Translations under genes and position numbers: made by a program
The notes under the pieces: model-generated
The model's database searches: none
Told to the model about the DNA's origin: nothing
The model's input: the letters and a program-made list of their open reading frames with translations, nothing else
DNA from: a candidate division WOR-3 bacterium
GTDB lineage: Bacteria > Hydrothermota > Tepidihabitantia > SM23-42 > JAOAFX01
NCBI GenBank assembly: GCA_039802265.1
Contig: JBDRWI010000042.1
Coordinates: 1-21,666 of the forward strand
DNA: 21,666 bases
Reading direction: 5' to 3'
Shown here: piece after piece, positions 16,403 through 21,666 of the stretch
How positions within the stretch are numbered: position 1 is the first letter of the stretch
Layout of the letters: every line of letters starts with the position of its first letter

Positions 16403-19400
16403 ATGTTTGGCATTTTAATCTTTTATCTTCTTAGTGAATCAGTAATTGTTGAACTCCAGTATGCTGAGAAAGACCTCAAATTTGAGACGGCCGAAGGATT
16501 AACCCGAATAAGGATTGAAGGACTGGAGATTACCGATTTGCCAGGGGCACCGGAGTTGCCTGTTCAGACAATAAAAGTGGCAATACCCTATGGTGCAAGA
16601 ATAAAGGATGTAAAAATAAAGAACACTGGGACAACCACAATTTTGGGGAAATATGAATTATCCTGGGCCCAGCCCCCGGCGATTCTTTCAATGAAGAAAT
16701 TGCCGCCCAGGGTTGGGCGCAATGAAGAAATTTACAGCGCCGAAGCATTATATCCCGAGGATATCATTGAATTCAAAGGAACTGGAGTTTATGATAACCA
16801 ACAGATTTGTGAAATAAATATCTTCCCCGTGCAGTATTGCCCTGCCCTTAAAGAATTGGTCTTCCATAAGACAATCCAATTATGTGTTGAGTATGAAGGT
16901 GGCATAAAGCTACCGGCAAAAAAAGAGATTATCAAAAAGATGGTCACCAATCCTGAAGATATCCCTCCAAAGGGGGAGCTACGGGAAAGGAATAATTTTA
17001 GATATCTAATTATTACCAATCCACCACTGGATACCGTATTTCAGAGACTGGCGGATTGGAAGACAAAAAAGGGACTTCTCGCCCGGGTGCGCACCACGAA
17101 CTGGATCTATTCCAATTATCCCGGAGAGGACAATGCTGCAAAGATAAGAAATTATCTAAAAACCCTGCCGGATTCAAGTGTTGAATATGTGCTTTTGGGT
17201 GGAGACATAGATTTTATCCCCTGTCGTTTCGCCTATGCGATGGATTGTAGTGCCGGGTATTATCCTGGTCGTGAAGACACAATGCCCGCTGATTTGTATT
17301 ATGCAGATTTGCAGGGCGATTGGGACCTTGATAACGATGGCAGTTATGGTGAAATAGAAGACAGCATTGACCTATACCCCGATCTTTTTATCGGAAGGGC
17401 ACCGGTCAATACCATTGCTGAGGCACAGAAGTTTGTGGAGAAGGTTTTGACATACGAAAAAAATCCCCCATTGGATTATCTAAATAATGTCCTCTTTGCC
17501 GCGGAGATTCTGTGGAATGACCCTTATACCGACCAGGGTGTCCATAAGAACAAGATTGAAAATGAGTCGTTTTCCCCTAATTTTACATTGACAAAGCTCT
17601 ATCAGAGTCTGGGAAATGAGACGAGAGAAGCGGTGATGCAGGCAATCAGGGATGGCAATGGTCTTATAAACCATGATGGCCACGGCTGGATTGATCTGAT
17701 TTCGGTTGGGGGCTGGCCCCACCGCATATATGCCACGGACTTTGATACAATTACCAATTCTCCGCGATATGGAATTTTATACTCAATCGGTTGCTGGACC
17801 AACGCCTTTGATTTTGCCGCAATAAGCGAGGCATTTGTGAATAGTCCCCAGGGGGGTGGTGTAGCATACATCGGTAACTCAAGTTATGGCTGGGGCTCAC
17901 CCGGAAATCCTGGATTTGGCTACTCAGATCGATTTGACAGTAGGTTCTTCTATTCTCTATTGAAAGAAGATAACTTCCATCTTGGTGTAGCACTGAGTCT
18001 TGCCAAGGCACACTTTATCCCCTATTCAAGGGAGAAGAATGTCTACCGGTGGCATCAGTACCAGATAAATCTTTTGGGTGACCCTGAACTACCGGTCTGG
18101 ACACAAACTCCGGAGACGCTGGCTGTCTCATACCCCCAGATTCTTCCACTGGGTAATGCGCAAATCTTAATTACGGTTAAGGAGAAAGAGACAAATTCAC
18201 CAATAAAGGATGCCCTGGTCTGTCTGATGAAGGGTAATGAATCCTATGCCGCCGGTTATACCGATGGCAGCGGCTCGGTATTTCTTGATATATCCCCACA
18301 GACTGTCGGAAACTTTGATTTAACAGTTACTGCCCATAACTATCTGCCATTTGAGACAACCATTCCGGTGGTAAGCGGAAGCTATGTAAATTTCAACAAC
18401 TGGATTATAAACGACATCTTCGGTAATAATGACCAGATTGCAAATCCCGGTGAGCACATCCTTTTAACAATCATGATAAAAAATTGTGGTAATACGCCAG
18501 CAAATAATATTCAGTTAGTTCTCCGCTCTTCAGACCCGAATGTATTTATAGCCGATAGCATTGCCTTTACCCCGAATCTGCTGCCCGGGGATTCATTATT
18601 GATTGAGAATGCCTTTGCAATAACAATTGATACAGTCCCTGACCACTATTGCCTTGCCTTTGACCTCCAAATAACAGACAATCATCAAACTCTTCATTTT
18701 TTTCCAGTTATCCTTGTAGGTACACCAATTATTAATATTCATCTGGTTGATATTGTAAATCCTCCAGTCCTGCCGGGTGTGGTGGAGTCTTTATATATCA
18801 GTCTAAAGAATTCCGGAGCCGGTATCGGACATTCAACCCGGGCACTGCTTGCTTCCATTGACCCGTATGTCTTTATACTCATTGATAGTCTCCGTTATGG
18901 TGAAGTCATGCCAGATTCAATAAATATTCCTGCCGAGCCATTTGTAGTATATATCAGTCCATTCTGTCCCAATTCTTACAAGGCAGAATTGCTGTTTCAG
19001 GTGGAAAGCGAAAATTATAATTTTCTGGATACCTTTAATTTATTGATTGGTGTAACCGGTTTCAGTGATGATATGGAATCGGGTAGCAATTTATGGACTA
19101 CCGGGGGCATAAATAACCTCTGGCATATCTCCCAGCGTCGTGCCTTCTCCCCAACCCATTCCTGGTATTGCGGTAATGAAACAGGCGGCCAATACATTAA
19201 CAATATGAATTGCTACATTCAGTCAGTTCCCTTTATGGTTCAGGAAAATTCTCTGTTGAGATTCTATCGCTGGTTTTCAGTTCCCCTTTATGGTGCTGAT
19301 GGAATCTATGTCATCGTCCTGCACAACGGTAATGCGGATACCCTTGATTTTATTGGCACCGGTGGTGCACTAAACGGAAGGGGAATTCAGAGTGACTGGT

Positions 19401-19882
19401 TTGAAGAAATCTATCCTCTCAGTCAATATCCGGCTGGCGATACAATTCAATTGAGAATTTCCTTCGTCAGCGACAATGATGGTGCGGTTGGTGAAGGATT
19501 CTATATTGACAATGTCAATGTTGAATATATTGCAGCGGTGGATGAAATGGTAAGTCAGCGGGTTAGCCTATCAAAACCCAGTTTAACATTATTACCAAAT
19601 CCATCCCGGAATCACTTCTTTATTAAATTCCAGATTCCCAATTCCAGACCTTCAATTTACAAACTATCTAATTGTTACTCGCTACCTGCTACTTTGAAAA
19701 TTTACGATGCAACCGGCCGATTGGTTAAAGATTTCCCAAATCTAACAGTAAACGACGGGCGGTCGACAATAATTTGGAATGGCACTGACAATTTCGGGCG
19801 CCAACTTCCGGCCGGTGTCTATTTTGTCCATTTAAAAGCCGATAACTTCCGACAGATTATTAAGGCGATACTCCTCAGGTGA
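16403..19882 (+). CDS. Gingipain-like C25 cysteine peptidase with propeptide, Ig-like and MAM-like domains and a FlgD-Ig/T9SS-like C-terminal domain
   Basis: Propeptide PGAPELPV...IFPVQY; YLIIT...LADWKTKKG, YVLLGGD, DLYYADL, PDLFIGRAP; catalytic His (NHDGHG) and Cys (SIGCWT); NLLGDPELPVWT; tail LKIYDATGRLVK...WNGTDNFGRQLPAGVYFVHL. Confidence 0.92.
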   Translation: MFGILIFYLLSESVIVELQYAEKDLKFETAEGLTRIRIEGLEITDLPGAPELPVQTIKVAIPYGARIKDVKIKNTGTTTILGKYELSWAQPPAILSMKKLPPRVGRNEEIYSAEALYPEDIIEFKGTGVYDNQQICEINIFPVQYCPALKELVFHKTIQLCVEYEGGIKLPAKKEIIKKMVTNPEDIPPKGELRERNNFRYLIITNPPLDTVFQRLADWKTKKGLLARVRTTNWIYSNYPGEDNAAKIRNYLKTLPDSSVEYVLLGGDIDFIPCRFAYAMDCSAGYYPGREDTMPADLYYADLQGDWDLDNDGSYGEIEDSIDLYPDLFIGRAPVNTIAEAQKFVEKVLTYEKNPPLDYLNNVLFAAEILWNDPYTDQGVHKNKIENESFSPNFTLTKLYQSLGNETREAVMQAIRDGNGLINHDGHGWIDLISVGGWPHRIYATDFDTITNSPRYGILYSIGCWTNAFDFAAISEAFVNSPQGGGVAYIGNSSYGWGSPGNPGFGYSDRFDSRFFYSLLKEDNFHLGVALSLAKAHFIPYSREKNVYRWHQYQINLLGDPELPVWTQTPETLAVSYPQILPLGNAQILITVKEKETNSPIKDALVCLMKGNESYAAGYTDGSGSVFLDISPQTVGNFDLTVTAHNYLPFETTIPVVSGSYVNFNNWIINDIFGNNDQIANPGEHILLTIMIKNCGNTPANNIQLVLRSSDPNVFIADSIAFTPNLLPGDSLLIENAFAITIDTVPDHYCLAFDLQITDNHQTLHFFPVILVGTPIINIHLVDIVNPPVLPGVVESLYISLKNSGAGIGHSTRALLASIDPYVFILIDSLRYGEVMPDSINIPAEPFVVYISPFCPNSYKAELLFQVESENYNFLDTFNLLIGVTGFSDDMESGSNLWTTGGINNLWHISQRRAFSPTHSWYCGNETGGQYINNMNCYIQSVPFMVQENSLLRFYRWFSVPLYGADGIYVIVLHNGNADTLDFIGTGGALNGRGIQSDWFEEIYPLSQYPAGDTIQLRISFVSDNDGAVGEGFYIDNVNVEYIAAVDEMVSQRVSLSKPSLTLLPNPSRNHFFIKFQIPNSRPSIYKLSNCYSLPATLKIYDATGRLVKDFPNLTVNDGRSTIIWNGTDNFGRQLPAGVYFVHLKADNFRQIIKAILLR
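19626..19694 (+). repeat. Degenerate 7-nt tandem repeats inside the C25 C-terminal domain
   Basis: AATTCCA GATTCCC AATTCCA GACCTTC AATTTAC (19626-19660) and GTTACTC GCTACCT GCTACTT (19674-19694). Confidence 0.5.
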
Positions 19883-19908
19883 AAAAACGAAATTATCCGA
19901 CTTTAAAC

Positions 19909-21450
19909 TTACCGGGCGATGACTATTTTTATCGGCGTTAAATTTAGAGCGTTCAACTTCAGGAAGTATACTCCGGCACACAGCGTTAGTTTCGTCTCAG
20001 GATTTTGAATTGTCTCAACGACCCGTCCGGTTATATTATACACTGAAATCGGATAGCAATCTCTTTTGGGAATAAGGGAAGAACATTTAACCCCAGAAAG
20101 AATCGGATTTCTTACCCGGATTGTTGAAATTCGGGAATTAATATTTTCGCAGATGCCGAGCGGCGGGTTAGGTTCACCAGGGGTAAGTGAATCATAATTA
20201 AAAAAATCTACCGAATTATTGTCGGTATCATCACCGTCCGGATAACGACCAAGGCAGTGCCCAGAAGCAACATCAACTGCTGGTAGCCATTCACCACTAA
20301 AAAACCAGCCATTCAAGGTGCCATAGCCGAGGGCATCAACGGTGATATTATTAAACCTCAACTCAAGATTGTCGGGTCCGTTCTGTAAATCCGCATCAAC
20401 ATTAACCAGGTCAGCATTGGGCACCCAGGAATTCTGGGCTACCACAAAGAAGTTATCATTGGGAATTGAATAGCCACTCAGGTCAATAGTCACATATTCC
20501 GAACCATCATTGCCATTTACCCCAACCAGACTGAAGCCATTTAAACTTGAGCCACCCGGTCCATAGAGTTCAATAAAACAACCCGAATCCGTTCCCGGCG
20601 CATCATAATAGACTTCATTGATAACAATATTCAACGCCCCAACATAGTATGAATTGGTGTCGGAATAGGTTGTGAGATTATCATCATCGGTGAACTTCAA
20701 GTAATAAAATATTGTATCACCGGCGGGCTGTCCCGGAATTTGAAATCTGAATGTATCATTGCTTACTGCGGTATGTGAAATCTTCAACGGTGAATTGAGG
20801 TTGTTTATTCCATAATAAAGAGTATCAGCAATAATTGTCCCATCATCACTCACCTTGGCATAAACATTTGTCGCAACATTGGCACCCGGATTTGTTGGTT
20901 TATGCCAGACACGGACAATTACTGGTGGCTGGGTTGCTGATGGTGTAAAAGCTGCATCATCAAGATAGAAAATTGCCCCCCCATTCCATCCCGCACTGTC
21001 ATAGGCACGGACAAAGACATAGGCCGAATCAGCACCACTCGGTGATAGTTCGGTCATGGTCAATTGTTGCCAGTTAGTAGAATTAGCGGAGTAAACACTT
21101 GACCAGATATTACTCCATCCACTGCCGGTATGCCAGGCAATCGCCTGCCTTACTCGGCCCCGTGTATCATTATCATAGACCCAGATTGTGAAGGTATATT
21201 CAGTATTGGGATTTATCGCAAATCTATCAGACATAAAATCTGCCTTATCCTGGGAAGTAGTAATCAAACTCTCCTTCACACTGAAACTACCGGAATGGAC
21301 ATTGCCACTCTCCTGAAAGATTAAAATAGAATCGTCTCGATACCAGTTGTCAGGCATTCCCCCGGTCCAGTTCTCAAAGCCGGGATTGGGTAATAGATTC
21401 TGGGAAAAACTGAATACTCCAAAAAGAAAGACTATAAATAATTTTTTCAT
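19909..21450 (-). CDS. Secreted protein: CBM4/9-like domain, Ig-like domain, lamin-tail domain, short T9SS-like tail
   Basis: Signal MKKLFIVFLFGVFSFS-Q; NLLPNPGFENW...FYLDDA; IVINEVYYDAPGTD...FIELYG...TPGEPN; ISVYNITGRVV...GVYFLKL...KIVIAR; SD AAGGGGG. Confidence 0.75.
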   Translation of the reverse strand: MKKLFIVFLFGVFSFSQNLLPNPGFENWTGGMPDNWYRDDSILIFQESGNVHSGSFSVKESLITTSQDKADFMSDRFAINPNTEYTFTIWVYDNDTRGRVRQAIAWHTGSGWSNIWSSVYSANSTNWQQLTMTELSPSGADSAYVFVRAYDSAGWNGGAIFYLDDAAFTPSATQPPVIVRVWHKPTNPGANVATNVYAKVSDDGTIIADTLYYGINNLNSPLKISHTAVSNDTFRFQIPGQPAGDTIFYYLKFTDDDNLTTYSDTNSYYVGALNIVINEVYYDAPGTDSGCFIELYGPGGSSLNGFSLVGVNGNDGSEYVTIDLSGYSIPNDNFFVVAQNSWVPNADLVNVDADLQNGPDNLELRFNNITVDALGYGTLNGWFFSGEWLPAVDVASGHCLGRYPDGDDTDNNSVDFFNYDSLTPGEPNPPLGICENINSRISTIRVRNPILSGVKCSSLIPKRDCYPISVYNITGRVVETIQNPETKLTLCAGVYFLKLNALNLTPIKIVIAR

Positions 21451-21470
21451 AAAACCCCCTTATTTCAATA

Positions 21471-21498
21471 ATTATAATAAAAATCTATCCAATGTCAA
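21471..21498 (-). promoter_or_regulatory. Consensus sigma70-type promoter for the 513-aa secreted protein (short leader with SD)
   Basis: Minus strand TTGACA (21498-21493) - 16 nt - TATAAT (21476-21471); ATG 20 nt further on. Confidence 0.8.
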
Positions 21499-21565
21499 CA
21501 CCGCCATTCTTCACCTTATCCGCGCTATCGCTTGATAATAAGGTCGTAATTTATCACTGAAAATA

Positions 21566-21666
21566 GCAGGGATGGTTCGTAAGCCGGGTTCTGTTTTTAT
21601 CCACCAATACTGGTGAATATAGATAGCCATTTCTCTGGTTCCGATGTCGCCACCGGAATCAAGCAA
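21566..21666 (-). ncRNA. rnpB: RNase P RNA, bacterial type A, 3' part (cut by the window edge)
   Basis: Minus strand: GCUUGA, P18 UUCCGGUG-GCGA-CAUCGGAA (GNRA loop), AGAGAAAUG, P19 UAUUCACCA-GUAU-UGGUGGAUA, conserved ACAGAACCCGGCUUA, then the P1 3' strand CGAACCAUCCCUGC. Exact 3' end approximate. Confidence 0.93.

Noticed and set aside
16403..19882. Naming the C25 protein porU, rgp or kgp
   Set aside because: The family is clear but orthology and specificity cannot be assigned by eye.
19883..19908. Terminator between the convergent C25 and lamin-tail genes
   Set aside because: The 26-nt gap has no hairpin.
155..21535. Other 60-120 aa ORFs in the track that overlap the major genes (e.g. 2876-3154, 8411-8713, 14775-15137, 16087-16413)
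   Set aside because: Antisense or off-frame shadows of well-supported CDSs, with no motifs or initiation signals seen.
21516..21557. TTATC...GATAA and TGATAA...TTATCA dyads downstream of rnpB as a Fur box or terminator
   Set aside because: Arms are only 5-6 bp in AT-rich DNA, spacing does not fit a Fur box, and there is no U-tract.

Overview
AT-rich bacterial chromosomal window from a diderm, LPS-making organism. lpxA, a gingipain-like C25 protease and several T9SS/FlgD-Ig-type C-terminal tails suggest the FCB superphylum or a relative, possibly candidate phylum WOR-3; this is inference only. Left to right: the 3' end of an unknown CDS; lpxA; a 600-bp intergenic cluster of nested palindromic repeats; a minus-strand three-gene operon (1094-aa secreted Ig/FN3/lamin-tail/OB-fold protein, PorV/PorQ-like small beta-barrel, ComEA-like double helix-hairpin-helix protein fused to a probable beta-barrel); an EamA transporter; a minus-strand operon (HEAT-repeat lipoprotein, cysS, efp, roadblock/LC7 protein, comEC); a divergent 3xGAF-GGDEF diguanylate cyclase; a C25 peptidase; a second secreted lamin-tail protein; and the 3' end of RNase P RNA (rnpB). 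Main observations: (1) the three-gene operon may be a surface DNA capture and import module about 1 kb from comEC; (2) comEC is 89 codons longer than the ORF track shows, seems to start at ATA after a Shine-Dalgarno site, and has lost its metallo-beta-lactamase motif; (3) five sigma70-type promoters all have a 16-bp spacer and four predict leaderless mRNAs; (4) EF-P has Asn (TPGNWRG) where the modified Lys normally sits; (5) the exported proteins have very short signal peptides, mostly followed by Gln. No CRISPR array, transposase, tRNA or rRNA was seen.
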